DNA of 64,000 nucleotides from Chiloscyllium plagiosum (Eukaryota), in assembly GCF_004010195.1 (NCBI RefSeq), contig NC_057718.1, positions 66,535,351 to 66,599,350 of the forward strand, in the 5' to 3' direction. Position numbers and translations under genes: made by a program. Below are positions 1-12,990 of this stretch, in pieces. Each line of letters begins with the position of its first letter. Position 1 is the first letter of the stretch. The notes beneath the pieces were generated by a model. The model saw nothing but the letters and a program-made list of their open reading frames with translations. It had not been told where the DNA came from and searched no databases.

Positions 1-1010
1 ATAGGAAACGGGTATAAGGAAAATCATCTCTCAACTCCTAACATTTAGTTCAGTTGGCTTTGATTCATAAATTTTTCAAATTGCATCTGCTACATTACTG
101 GGTATTCAGTAGAACACACACCTTTGTGATGCGCAAAAGGCTTGAATCCCAAGGGTGCTGTATACTCGGGTGTGGTGTGCATCTGTTACTTTGTCTACAC
201 AGCTCAGTGCATTTTATTCTTTGTCTATGAAGTACAGATCAGGACAGTGATAAACTGATGTGGATATTTAGAGGCTGGGGTCCAATTTTCACTCAGGTAT
301 TTATTTGAATTTTGGTGCAATTAAATCAATGGATTTCATGTATTAAAACAAATTAAATAAATTAATTTATCTTTTGTCTTAAGGAAAATCAAAGAACAGA
401 ATACAGTGGGGATTGGTGACTGCCAATCATCTAGGTTTTGACCCAGGAAATTTTAAGATTATCTTTATATTTTGTGTTTTTTATTAGTTTTAAAAACTGT
501 AAAATAATTGTAGTCCTAGAATTAAAGACCTTTTCATTGAGCAACGAGTTTTCAGTGAAATTAAACTGAGCTGATCCAAAGCAGAGTACATTTTTTGTTT
601 CTCTTCTCGTTTTCATCTTCTCAACTGAAGATGTTGGTTATTTAGTGATTGTACTAGATATGTGCATGTACTATTTTTGCATTAACTTAAATGAAGTAAT
701 TTGCAGAACAAAATTGATTGGAGTTGACTGAGATGTGCATCCCAGCTGCAGATCTTCAATTTCAGGAACATTTGGTTCTTTTCCCTTGAATTGACACTGA
801 CCTGGATCACCCCAGTTCACAAAGTCCAGATATCAACTCCCCCTACATTGAGTCCATTACATACCTTAAACCTTTTTTTGCAATTGGCATCAAATAATAC
901 ATTTCTTCTCTGTCATCCAATTCTACGGTATTTTAAAATGAGCTAATGCAGAACTAGAATATGAAATGGTGTAACTTAATAATTGATTCATTGATTTTGA
1001 TTCTCTCTAG

Positions 1011-1190
1011 AGTGCAGAACAGGTTTCAACATTCTGTCGTAGCTTACATGAGCTGCAATTATCTAATATGGATGGACAGAAGGAGAACATTGATCAAGAT
1101 CTAAGGCCATTAGCACGGCATCTCTCTGATGCAGAGAGACTTCGGAAAGTTATCCATGAACTCCTAGACACAGAGAAGTCCTATGTGAAG
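1011..1190 (+). CDS. TIAM2: TIAM2 coding exon (linker and start of DH domain)
   Basis: ttctctctag|AGT...AAG|gtatgc; encodes SAEQVSTFCRSLHELQLSNMDGQKENIDQDLRPLARHLSDAERLRKVIHELLDTEKSYVK, matching TIAM2 'LARHLSDADRLRKVIQELVDTEKSYVK'; 180 bp, phase 0/0. Confidence 0.96.
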
Positions 1191-2624
1191 GTATGCGTGA
1201 GGGTTAAATTGACGGCATTGATGTATTATGAATTAAATTTAAGCTTTAGAATATGAATTGCCTGTGCTTTGTGTCATCAAATAGATATTTATTGGTTTTC
1301 TTGAAATGTCTCCCTTTTATTCTTATGCCATTGTTGCTCAGGTATCATTCCACAGCCACTGATCCAACACCTCCACATTCAAGTTGATGTATGTATTATT
1401 TGTAGGCAACTGAACTGGATTCTGACTTGATCGAACTTTCAAGTATGCACTTTCTAGCAGGGTCCCTGGATAACAACCAGGAATGGAAATCATGACAATA
1501 ATTCAGGCCAATTGTATTGTCCCAGAGATACTCTGAGTGGGCAGAGACCTTTGCCTGAACCTTCTGGTCTACACTTCTTAGTCACTAAAGCATCAGGAAG
1601 TCTCAAATAAAAAATAATTACTCCCATCATAGCAAATGCTACAGCTGTTCCATGATGCCATAATTTAAAGTAATGGCTTTTAAGTAACTTTCTAAATATT
1701 AATTACATCTATTCTTTGTAATGACCTGACTTTGAAAGCTCCGATGTTAAGGGCAAAATATCCTATTTGTTGTTTCTTTTATTGCTGCTCAGACAAGCAT
1801 TTTAAGAGGAATAGAGTTATGATCTAATAGCATGTGATTGATGGCTCAAGAGACCTAAAAGTTGGTGCCTTGTATATAGATATTTACAAAACGAATTACA
1901 GTTTTAGATGACATTGACAGAAAGTATTAGAATACCACAGAACTTGATTATGTGCCTGATTTCCTGTTAAATTCATGATGTCTGCTCCATCACTCCAAAA
2001 GCGCAACTGAGGATTGAACAAGGCCTTGGGCAAAGGTCACTCAGCTGCATTTTTCAGTGGTGTATTTTGGAGTTATCAAAGTGAGTTGTTAAGAGCTGGA
2101 GAATATGTAGCAATTTACATTTTGGGCTCCTGATGTTAGAAAAAAACACTTACTGTTTATGATTATTTCAACTGAACCTACAGTGAAGGTTTGTTTTTCC
2201 TAGACCAACAACATCACTAAACACTAAGGATAGTAATCCACAGTCAGTCCATTCCGTTGTCTCTTTGAGATTATACTTTTGTGCTTAATTAGGATAGTTT
2301 CATGTTGTGGTAACTCAACATGCCAAATGTTTACATTTCATTTAAGCTATAATGGTCAAGTTATTTGGCCTAGAAAACTCCTAATATGAAAAATGGAAAG
2401 TGTTCATGCATTTTTATCTGGGAGTGCACCATCACGGACCAGAGAGAGAAAACCATCTGCTTGGTGGTCCTCTGATTTCTAGGCCAACTGATCACATTCC
2501 AATATAAATTTGGATTATTGAATTTGAATAAATTTGATTAATTCTGTTTGTTCTGGAATTTCGATTTCTTTGCACAGAGTACCAACTTCTTTGCAATTGA
2601 ATAGGTATATAGTTTACATATACA

Positions 2625-2760
2625 GAGAGGTGATAGTATGGATAGCATTACTGCCTCTGAGCCAAAAGCTCCAGATTCAAGTCCCATTGAAAACTCTGAT
2701 GGCCAAAGAAGCATTTACAATGCATCCAAAGAAATTGAGCATTAGACTGTAAAACTTTGT
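2625..2760 (+). mobile_element. degenerate tRNA-derived SINE head
   Basis: A-box-like start and B-box-like 'gattcaagtccc'. Confidence 0.35.
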
Positions 2761-2984
2761 TGGAAGAGGAGGAGCAGGATTGCTGCTCAGCCAAGAGATT
2801 TGAGTGTAGGCTGCTGTGTTTTGTGCCCCACCCAAAGTCCCTGGCCTCTTAAGTCTTGCCACTACTATAATGGAAAAGGGTCCTTTACCCACGCTTAATG
2901 TGATATTAGATCGTTTGCAAATGGAAATAAATCTTTGGAGGTCGGTTTGCATTGAGGAAGCTAATGTCGTTTTTTTAAATAAAG

Positions 2985-3135
2985 TGTTCATTTCTGGGTT
3001 GTGGATATTGCTAGCTGGGCCAGTATTTATTACCCATCGAGACTACCACTTAGCTCGAATTTCACAATCTTATGGTGGAGATTCAAATCCATGTCCCCAG
3101 AACATTCGCGTGGAATTCTGGGGTTCTAGTCCTCT
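2985..3135 (-). mobile_element. degenerate SINE, same family as 36225-36490 and 42760-43040
   Basis: shared motif 'gccagtatttattacccatc' / 'atttattgcccatccctaa' and tRNA-like end. Confidence 0.45.
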
Positions 3136-3509
3136 CTTGCTCTGTTGTTGCCAGTGCCATCTTCAGGTAATTTGCTCACTTTTTGTTACAAGCAAGCCAC
3201 AGGGCTAATTTTTCCTACATGCAGCATCAACCTGGGGAGGAAGTGGGTGGAGCAGAGAAAAAGTTCTCTTACCAATCACTCAATAAAGCAATCAATTGTT
3301 GAGGCCTATTCTTTCTTCCGTGTTGACTGTCAATCCATGATTTTTGCTGACCCTAACCCATTGAGCTTCCCTTTCCGGCCTCTGCAACAGGTCCTGCCCT
3401 CCTCTGCTAATCACCAAGCGTCCTCCTCTCCCACTTCTAACTTCCTGATTGGTCTGGCCTCCCATGATTTATCAACACATGTGCCTATTTTCTAGAGGAG
3501 CTCCATGAT

Positions 3510-4215
3510 GCTAGTAAAGTTTAATAAAGTTAGGTCGTATGGGATTCAGGGTGCATTTGCTGTTTGGATACGAAATTGACTTTGATAGGAGACAGAGGGT
3601 GGTGGTGGAGGGTTGTTTTTTGGACTGGAGGTTTGTGACCAGTGGTGTTCCACAGGGATAAGTACTGGGTCCACTGCTTTTTGTCATTTTATATAAATAA
3701 GTTTGGATGAGAATATAGAAGGCATGGTTAGTAAGTCTGCAGATGACACCAAAGTTTGGTGGCATGTTGGACAGTTAAGATGGTTATCTAAGATTACAAA
3801 GAGATCTTGATCAATTGGGTCAGTTGGCTGAGGAATGGCAGATGAAGTTTAATTTGAATAAACATGAGGTATTGCATTTTTGTAATACAAACAAGGGTAG
3901 GACTTACACAATTATTAGGGGACTGAGTAATGTTCAAGAAAGCAGAGACTTAGGGGTTCAGGTACATAATTCTTTGCAATTTAGGAGACATGTAGACTGG
4001 TTAAGGTATTTAACACACTTGCCTTCATTGCTGAAACCTTTAAGTAGAGAAGTTGGGATGGTCTGTTGAAGTTGTACAGGATGTTGATGAGGCCTTTTGT
4101 TAAGAACTGTGCACAGAATGGTCACCCTTGGATGTTGCCAGGAATGCAGTGTTTGAGGTATAAAAACAGACTGTAGAGGCTGGGACCTTTTTTTCACTGG
4201 AGCAGAGGAGATTGA
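3510..4215 (+). mobile_element. CR1 LINE RT fragment
   Basis: translates to SGVPQG*VLGPLLFV, SKSADDTK, EEWQMKFN and DLGVQVH with stops and frameshifts. Confidence 0.9.
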
Positions 4216-5360
4216 ACTCATGTACCTCTGGAGTACATCTAGGAAAAATTAACAAACAGTGAAATTCACAACTGATCTGGAGGAACCTGTGTGGTAGAGT
4301 TCACAACACAGGAACAGAAAAGTGTGTAGTTTTTCATGTGTACCTTGCTGCAAGTCTACAGTAGTGAGTAGAGTGGGTTCTTTCTTGATTATATGTTTTA
4401 TTGAAATCTGTCTCTTGATTAGATTTTAAACCATAAGCACTAAGTCAGATTTGGGCTGACAAGTAGCAGGTAAGAGTTGCACTACATTTAAGTGTCAGGC
4501 AATGACCATCTTCAATCAAGAGAAAATCTAACCATCACCCCTTCACGTTCAATGCCATCACCATAACTGAAATCCCCACTATCAACATCCTGGGAGGTTA
4601 CCATTGCCTAGTCGTATAATTACAGAGGTTACAAGAGCAAGTCAGAGACTAGGATCGTGAAGTGAATAACTTACTTTTGATTCCTCAAGGCCCGTCCGCC
4701 ATCTACAAGGCATAAGGCAGGTACGTGATGGAATATTCCACTTGCCTGGATGAATTTAGCTTCAGGGAGAAAGTGACAGTCTCAGATTCCTCCCTCCCCT
4801 TCCTCGACCTTTCTATTTCTATCTCAGGCGACAGAATCAACACGGACATCTACTACAAACCGACCGACACCCACAGCTACCTGGACTACACCTCCTCCCA
4901 CCCTGCCCCCTGTAAAAACGCCATCCCATTCTCCCAATTCCTTCGACTCCGCCGCATCTGCTCCCAGGAGGACCAGTTCAAAATACGTACAACACAGATG
5001 CCCTCCTTCTTCAAGGACCGCAATTTCCCCCCCGACATGGTCGACGATACTCTCCACCGCATCTCTTCCACTTCCCGATCCTCCGCCCTTGAACCCCGCC
5101 CCCCCAACCGCCACCAGGACAGAACCCCACTGGTCCTCACCTACCACCCCACCAATCTCCATGTACAGCGCATCATCCGCCGTCACTTCCGCCACCTCCA
5201 AACAGACCCCAGCACCAAGGATATATTTCCCTCCCCACCCCTATCAGCTTTCCGTAGAGACCACTCCCTCCGCGACTCCCTTGTCAGATCCACACCCCCC
5301 ACCGACCCAACCACCACTCCCGGCACCTTCCCTTGCAACCGCAGGAGGTGCAACACTTCC

Positions 5361-5371
5361 NNNNNNNNNNN
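5361..5371. other. assembly gap (11 N)
   Basis: run of N. Confidence 1.
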
Positions 5372-5437
5372 ATATCAAAGTTGAAACTTTATTGCTGGAA
5401 CAGCACAGCAGGTCAGGCAGCATCCAGGGAACAGGAG

Positions 5438-5473
5438 ATTCGACGTTTCGGGCACAGGCCCTTCTTCAGGAAT
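5438..5473 (-). ncRNA. minimal type I hammerhead ribozyme motif in a PLE terminal repeat
   Basis: minus strand AUUC-CUGAAGA-A-GGGC cugu GCCC-GAAA-C-GUC-GAAU: intact core, 4-bp helix I, 4-bp helix II, palindromic ACGU at helix III. Confidence 0.8.
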
Positions 5474-5745
5474 GAGCAGAGAGTGTTCAGCAGGAGAAGA
5501 TAAAAGGTAGGGAGGAGGGACTTGGGGGAGGGGCGTCGGAAATCCCCCTACCTTGTCTCAGTCAAATCCATCGAATTCAGCACCGCCTTCCTAACCTGAG
5601 ATCTTCTTCCCGACCTCTCCGCCCCCACCCCAGTCTGACCTATCACTCTCACCTTGACCTCTTTCCACCTATCACATTTCCGACGCCCCTCCCCCAAGTC
5701 CCTCCTCCCTACCTTTTATCTTAGCCTGCTGGACAAACTTTCCTC

Positions 5746-5781
5746 ATTCCTGAAGAAGGGCTTATGCCCGAAACGTTGATT
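5746..5781 (+). ncRNA. minimal hammerhead ribozyme motif (PLE)
   Basis: AUUC-CUGAAGA-A-GGGC uuau GCCC-GAAA-C-GUU-GAUU; GUU triplet, one helix I mismatch. Confidence 0.7.
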
Positions 5782-8700
5782 CTCCTGTTCCCTAGATGCT
5801 GCCTGACCTGCTGCGCTTTTCCAGCAACACATTTTCAGCTCTGAATTTAGCTTCAATAAAACTCAGCTTTACACCATTCAGGATAAAGCAGCCTATTTGA
5901 TTGGCACCACATCCACAAACATTTAATCCCTCCACTGCTAACAGTAAGTAGCACCAGTGTGTACCATCTGCAAGATGCACTGCAGAAATTCACCAAGGCT
6001 CCTTTGACAGCACCTTCCAAATGACTACCATTTAGAAGGACAAGAGCAACAGATACATAAGAACATGACCGTCTGCAAGTTCCTCTCCAAGTCACACTCA
6101 AGACTTAGAGCTTTATTGCTGTTCCTTCAATGTTTGTTGCTCCCTCCCAAATGTCATTGTGGGTGTACCTACACCAAATGAACTGCAGCAGTTCAAGAAT
6201 AAAACATGCCACCACCTTCGTAAGGGCATCTAGTGATCTTATTCATCCTGCAGGTAATTGATAGGAGCTCAATTTGTTTGGAGTGTTATGGTAGTGTCCT
6301 GTTATCTCATGTAATCTCATCTTAGATGTCTGCTTTATATTATCACTTTCCTGCAGATTCTGATTCCTTCATTTACCCATTGTATTTGAACAACTGAAGG
6401 CATTAGTTGAATGATCTAATAAGTTGGTCTTATTGGTCTTATAGGTTGTATCAGGTGCAGCTTTGGAACTGCATTGGTCTGAACAACATGCACATGATGT
6501 AAAAGTAATTGTGCTGACGGCCAAAGGCAGAAATATTCACTTGTCAGTGCTTGTCTGGTACTGACATAAGAGCTTCATAACTATCCAGCTGAACATTTTG
6601 AGGACTGAAGATGTCATTTAAGTCAGCAAATCTGGGCAGTTGATTTAATTTCATCAGGACATTGGGACAGCCCTCTTTATAAACCTTGAAGGGATTAAAA
6701 TAACTTACTCAATGGATTGTACTGATCTCTGTGGAGCTAACCTATAATAAGACTTGAAATCCCCCCCTCAGCTGCAAAACTCAATAACACAAGATTAAGC
6801 TGGACAGTATATTCTTTGCTGTTCACAAGCACTTGTTAGAATCTATATGTATCCTTAATAACCAAAGAGAGAGATTCTGAAATTGTTAAGTGTAAGCTTC
6901 ATTGGCTAAAGTGAAGCATTTCTTCAGTCTAGGATAATTCTGAATTACACTTTGACAACAGAAAGTCCACGATTTTGGAAATGTCAAGATGCAGTCCTCT
7001 ACTACTTGGCCCATGGTCTCCACAGCCATTAATTAGCTTCAGATAGAACTTGTTTGCCCTTTTAGGACAGCTAATTAAATGCCAGCAGCTTTCGTGACCA
7101 CTGCTGCCTTCAAGCAATCCCACAGACAAGTGAATCGGGTTTCAAGATCTTGGGTCTCTCCAAGGCAAGGCTGGGGTGAGGCAGTTAGGTGTCTGAGGTA
7201 AACAGGGCAGGGACAGGAAACCCAAGGTGGGATGATCGTAGTGGGTGTACAGTCCTCCAATAGGCACGGGCCTATAAAGGAGATGCTCCACCTTTACTAG
7301 ACACTACCCAAGCAACGAAAGCCGCCAAGGCAAACGCACTTGATCAGGGGCCTCTTTTGTTGCTGTGCCAGGTAGCAAGTATGTCTTCTGCTGCTGATAA
7401 AATTCCAAGGCTTGCCAATACTCCCCACAGAAGGCTGTAAAATCCAGATTAATATTTTCAACCATAATGTGCAAACAGCACACCTCCTGCAGGTTACCAT
7501 TTAAATCGAATATGTCGGTTTGATACAGTAAAATATGTACAGAGACAATGTCTCAAAAGCAGCACAATCAAGCTGCATCTATGTTGGATTTCAGATCTTG
7601 CCAGGTTTCCAGTCGGGTTGGATACTTCTTCAGTACTGTGTTGGGTGCAGTTGAGGGCTGCTTGGGCCACAGAAAAAGAAAGGCATAGGGAGCTGATGAC
7701 TTATCAACACACTATTAGTCTAATGCAGCACCTAATAAAAGATGAGTAATTGTTTCACTCTTAATAATTAAAAAATCATTGTATGGCAGCTTAAAAGAAG
7801 TCAAGTTTTCAGATCGCAAGATTTGAGACACCGTACCTGTATTCTTAAAATGGTTTTCCTGCATTCATTTATTTAGGCATAAACAATTTAACAGAACAAA
7901 CTTCTGTTTTAACCAGCATCTTATGAACTGTCACTCTTGTTAAACCAGCAAAAATTATATACCTCAAATACCATGAAGTTGACTATTGTTCTGTCCAATG
8001 GTTAAATTTTTCAAATTTATTTATGTCACTAAATATAAACAGTTGATTCAATTTTGAGTCGATGTTTCCTCAAATAATTGTAATCTACCATGATTTCTGA
8101 GTAGTCACTTGAGGGGGCAAGTGAGAAGGCTCTCTGCTGGTAAGTTTTATTTAAGACAAAGTTGCATTATTATTTGTGATTTATGCTGTAAATAAAGTAC
8201 ACACCATCATGGTTATAGCCCCTGCATTACGTTTCTATTACTTAGTGTGTGTTTTCACATTGGTTATGTGGACCTCTTGATTATCTGGTATATTTAATAA
8301 TCAACACACTCCTGGTCCCATAAGATAATAAAAACTTTACTGTAGTGAGTACAACATTAAAAGGGTCAGGATAATCATAATGAACAACAAGTACATAAAT
8401 GGCTGTATGAAAAAACAATATAAAATCAATGCTGATCACCAAACAAGTGGAAAAGAAAGTAATGCAATTAATTGGGATAATAGTGACCAAGTCCCAAGAT
8501 AGCCTGCTGTCAGTCTCATAGTGAATTTTATATCAGGTAGAGCTTCATATTGTTTGGTTTACGTGACACAAAATTTGAATGTGACATGAAAGTTGGAAAT
8601 ATATAGATATTCTTCTCCTGAATACTTGTTTTGAGCTCCTGAAACAATGATTAAATCCCATAAATTTCAAAATTGACTGCTGCGAGATTTAAAGGTAAGA

Positions 8701-9117
8701 AAAGAAGGATTTTATATGTCAAATCTGTGGATATCATATATAAGATAAAGGTTAAGGAGACCACTATTCATTGATGCAGATAAGTAGGAATAAAGCAGAC
8801 CAGTGAGTCACACTTGAAATAAATTACACTGATCTCTGAGCCTTCTCCAGCTACTTGATCAAATATTGCTTCAAAACCATGGAACTGAATTGAGGTATAT
8901 TCAGCAAAGTTGGCATGATGAATAATATGACTGTCGAGCTAATTTGGCTATTCAAATGCCAATGTTCCAAAACACAGTGCAAACATAGGTTAGTCTGGGA
9001 ATCCATCCCTTCATCTGGAAAAAAAAATTGACAATCATTAAAAGAAAGCACATTTAATTAGATAGCTAGCTTCCAGCAACACTTGGAAAGTCCACTTGTC
9101 TGAATCATAACCTGACT

Positions 9118-9295
9118 ACATAAGAACATGGGAAATAGGATCAGGAGTAGGCCATCTGGCCCTACAAGCCTGTTCCACGCTTTAATAAAATCATGGCTGA
9201 TCTTTTTGTGGCTTCAGCTCCACTTACCTATTCTCTCACCATAACCCTTAATTCCTTTATTGTTCAAAAAACTGTCTATCTTAGCTTTAAAAACT
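9118..9295 (-). mobile_element. CR1 3' end fragment
   Basis: acataagaacatgggaaataggatcaggagtaggcc..., the reverse complement of the CR1 3' UTR seen at about 16850-16910. Confidence 0.75.
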
Positions 9296-11199
9296 GATTG
9301 TATAGTTTTGATATCACTTGTGAAGCCCTCCAGTGAAATGAAGAAGGGGAATCTAAGATCCAACTTGAGTAACTGCCACTAACAATGTCTAAAGCATGTA
9401 GAATAAAATTGAAAAGGCTGAACTCGAACAGTTACTGTAGAACCACACATTAACATTATCCATCAAAACATTCAAACAGTCTCCATCTACATTTCCTGCA
9501 AACTGTCAGTTTCTCCTGCTAATAATCTTTCAATTTAAAACTTAATGAGAGAGGCTGATTCTTCCTAGTTCAGTTCATGAATAGTTCTTTTAGGTCTACT
9601 TCCTGCTAATCAGTTTGTGATTATATTGGACTGGTTAATCATCAACCACACCAGGCATTTTTATGCCCATCACCTCTCCTTATATCAGAAGTCCTCAGAC
9701 AGTGGATTTTTCAAAACATCTGGGCATATTATAAGGCTGAATTCTGATTGTAGAGTTCAAACTGTAATTATAAATTGCTTGTTTATTCTTTTGGTTTGAG
9801 TTCTACATCCCACAATAAGATCAACAACTTGAAACGATGCATTGCGATTCATTATTTTGTTACTATGCTCAGCTGTATAGTTTTTTCGATATTGCAACTC
9901 TATGGTTTGTTTCACTGTTAGTTTCTTTGTTTCTAAATATTTTAATCTTTTATTTTTCTTCTTTGCTTTATATTTTGTACACCTCTGGTTGCATTTTCTT
10001 GCGGTATTCTTTCAATTTTTCTTATCATTTGCTTATTGCCTCTTTTGATTCTTAAATTAACTATCTTTCTTTCACTGTCCTTCTCTCATATTTCAATGTA
10101 CAGAGGCATCATATTCATTTCTCTCAAAATTCAGTAATCTGTGCCTAATTTGTTTTTCACTCGGTCCCTCACAGCAAGATTTTCCTTCCCCTGTGATTCA
10201 TCACCATGACTACCTTCTGCTCTCCAGGTCTCTGAACTTCAAATCATTGCCTGAGATTTTAAACGAGGACTCTTAGGAAAAGAACCCAATATAATTAACA
10301 TATGTGCATTCATTGCTCTGCCACCTTCCTACCCATCACGCAAAAAAAAAATTGCTGTAGAACTACCCTTTTATTTTCACCTCGTGCAGGGGTTTTCTCC
10401 ATACCAGTTGCTTTAGAAATTTGTGTTTGGGTTGATCTGTCCTCAAATTTTCATTGCTTCCCTCAGTGTAATATTCACTTCCTCCAGTTACCAGCCTGGC
10501 AAGGAACTGACCATTGATGAAGCAATTGAGTGAATGTGGAAGTTTCTAATTGCTCCATTGGGCAATGTGCAAATGTAGTAACACAGAAAAGTCATGCTAT
10601 TCTTTTTGATATAAATTATTGCATGCATACTTAGAACAAATGAGTGTTTTAATAATTGTAGTTATCTGTTTTAAGGAAGTTCACTTATTGTGCTCACAAA
10701 GTGATGAATGTTCATGTTGGACTTCAAGCATCATGTCTTAATATCAGGCTGTACACGTAAATCACTCAGATGTGGAGTATAGCTTCCTCTGCTCAACAGA
10801 GTAAATCATCTCCAACTTCAGCAGAGCATTACTGCTGTAGTAGTATGGAATTTTTAGAATTTTCCAAGGCAGTCATTCTATACCTCAAGTGAGATTGACA
10901 AATTAGTATATCTTTTGAGTTTGTGGCTAATTCCATATAAGACCATTGCAGTCAGCAGTCAAAGGGGTCTAATACCCCAGCAATCTAATCTGGGTTGAAT
11001 CTACTGAACTAGGTTATAATTTTCCTTAATTCTGCAGAGCAATCCTTAAGACCACCTTGATGTCAGTTGAAAAATATCAAATCCAAAGAAAATTGGAAAT
11101 GCCTTAGCTTTTAGTTTACATCAACTTCTCAGATTTCTAGATGCTCAAGAATTTTAATAAAATATATTTGCTAATTACCATGACATGTTTAAATTTTCT

Positions 11200-12990
11200 A
11201 GCAAATGGGAGCAGGAGTAGGCCATTAGCCCTTTGAGCCTGTTCTACCATTCATTATGATCATGACCTGATTATCCAACTCCATAGTCTGCCTCTGTTTT
11301 TCCCCTTATCTTTGATTCCTTTTGGTCCAAGTGCTATATCCAATCCTCCTCAAAATCATGCAATGTATCGGCCTCGACTGCTTTCTGTGAGAGTGCATTC
11401 CACAGGTTTACCACCTTCTGGGTGAAGAGATTTCTCCTCATCTCAGTAGTAAATTGTTTACCTCTATCCTTAGACTGTGACGCCTGATTCTGGACTCATC
11501 GGAACATCCTTCCTGCATGTTGACTGTCTATACCTCTTTAAAATTTGAAAGGTTTCTATGAGATGGTTTCCTCCTCCTCCTCCTCCTCCTCCTCCTCCTC
11601 CACACCCCCATTCTTGAACTAAACCAATAACCTGTCCTCATTGACCAGTCCTGCCCTCCCAAGAATCATGTGGTCGACCTTTGCTGCATTCCCACCATAG
11701 CCAGAACACCACCACCCTTTCTTTTCCCCCCCCAACCTCCCTCAGGCTCAGATAAGGAGACCAAACTTCTCTCAATATTCCAGGTGTAGTCTCACTAAGG
11801 CCCTATGACACTGCAGGAAAACAGCTTTGTTCCTGTACTTAAATCTCACTCTGAAGGCTAACAAACCATTTGCTTTCTTGACGGCCTGCTGCAACTGCTT
11901 ACTTTCAGTGGCTGGTGGTACAAGGACAGCCAGGTCTCTCTATCTGTCTTCCTTTCTGTTTTGGTTGCAAAGTGGGTAACCACATTTATCAATGCTACAC
12001 TGCATTTGCCATGCATTTTCACACTGAAGCCTCTCTGCATTGTCCTCGGAGCTCATCCCCTCCACCCAGCTTTGTGTTATCTACAAAGTTGAACATATTG
12101 TATTTCGTTCCCTCATCTAAGACATTATGTATTGTGTATAACTGGGTTCCTAGTATTGATCTTTACCCCCCGTGTCACTGTCTGCTATTTTGAAAATGAT
12201 CTATTTATTCCTACTCTGTTTGTTTCTTGTCTGTGAACCAGTTTTCTATCCATTTCAATCCCATGTGCTTTAATTTAACATGCTAATCTCTTGAATGGGA
12301 CTGTTGAAAGTCTTCTGAAATTCCAAATAAAAGAGATTCACTTGTTCCTCCTTATCAACACTGTGTGTTACATCTTCTAATTTCAGCAGACTTATTAAGC
12401 ATAAGTTTCCTTTTGTAACTCCATGCTGACACTGGCACTGTTTTCTAAGTGCTCAGTTATTAAATAATTTGAGATGGATTTTGGCATTCTCCCCCAGTAC
12501 TAACATCTGGTCTATAATTATTGTTTTCTTTTCTCCCTCCCTTACATTAGGAGTTACATTAGCTACCCTCTAATCTGTAGGAATTGTTCCAGATTCTATA
12601 GAATCTTTGTAGATAGCCACCAATGCATTCTCTATTTCTAGGTCCACTTCCTAAGTACTCTGAGATTAGTTGATCAGGTTTTGGAGATTTATCTGCTTTC
12701 AATCCCATCAATTTTCCCAAAACTATGTACCTACTAATACTGATTTCCTTCAGTTCTTTTCTCACTAAATTGCATTTCTCAACATTTATTCTGTTATTTT
12801 TGTCCCCCTTTTGTGAACAAAGAACCAAAGGATGTAGTTGGTGGTTCAGGCATTTCTTTGTTGCCCACTATAAATTCCCTGTTCTGACTGGAAAGGACCA
12901 TAATTTGTCTTCACCAATTTTATTTCTCTTTATATACCTATAAAAACTTTTAGTCTGACTGTTTCCCACAAACTTACTCTCATACTGTTT
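11200..12990 (-). mobile_element. degenerate CR1 LINE
   Basis: 3' UTR motif at 11205; ORF 12559..12828 has VLGKLMGLKADKSPKPD. Confidence 0.85.
11569..11601. repeat. (TCC)11 microsatellite
   Basis: direct reading. Confidence 0.95.

Larger units (their letters stand above)
4765..5841 (+). mobile_element. Penelope-like element (Neptune type): RT thumb/linker fragment plus inverted pLTRs, 14-bp TSD
   Basis: open frame LPFLDL..TDIYYKPTD.HSYLDY.SSHP..CKNAIPFSQFLRLRRICS..PLVLTYHP..GTFPCNRRRCNT; TSD tgaatttagcttca at 4751-4764 and 5842-5855; inverted arms about 5372-5542 and 5676-5841. Confidence 0.92.
4490..6235 (+). mobile_element. 3' part of an old non-LTR element (CR1/L2 superclade) split by the Penelope insertion
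   Basis: IYKA*xRxVMEYSxxAWM ends at 4764 and resumes after 5855 as TIQDKAAYLIG, running to about 6235. Confidence 0.65.

Noticed and set aside
4725..5475. ORF 4725..5384 as a host gene, plus overlapping ORFs
   Set aside because: A chimera of host-LINE codons, TSD and PLE RT fragment that runs through Ns; the overlapping ORFs reflect C-rich composition
7000..8270. Possible MITE or LTR remnants (slightly GC-richer patches; also about 3200-3490 and 30700-31385)
   Set aside because: No matched terminal repeats or TSDs could be established by eye
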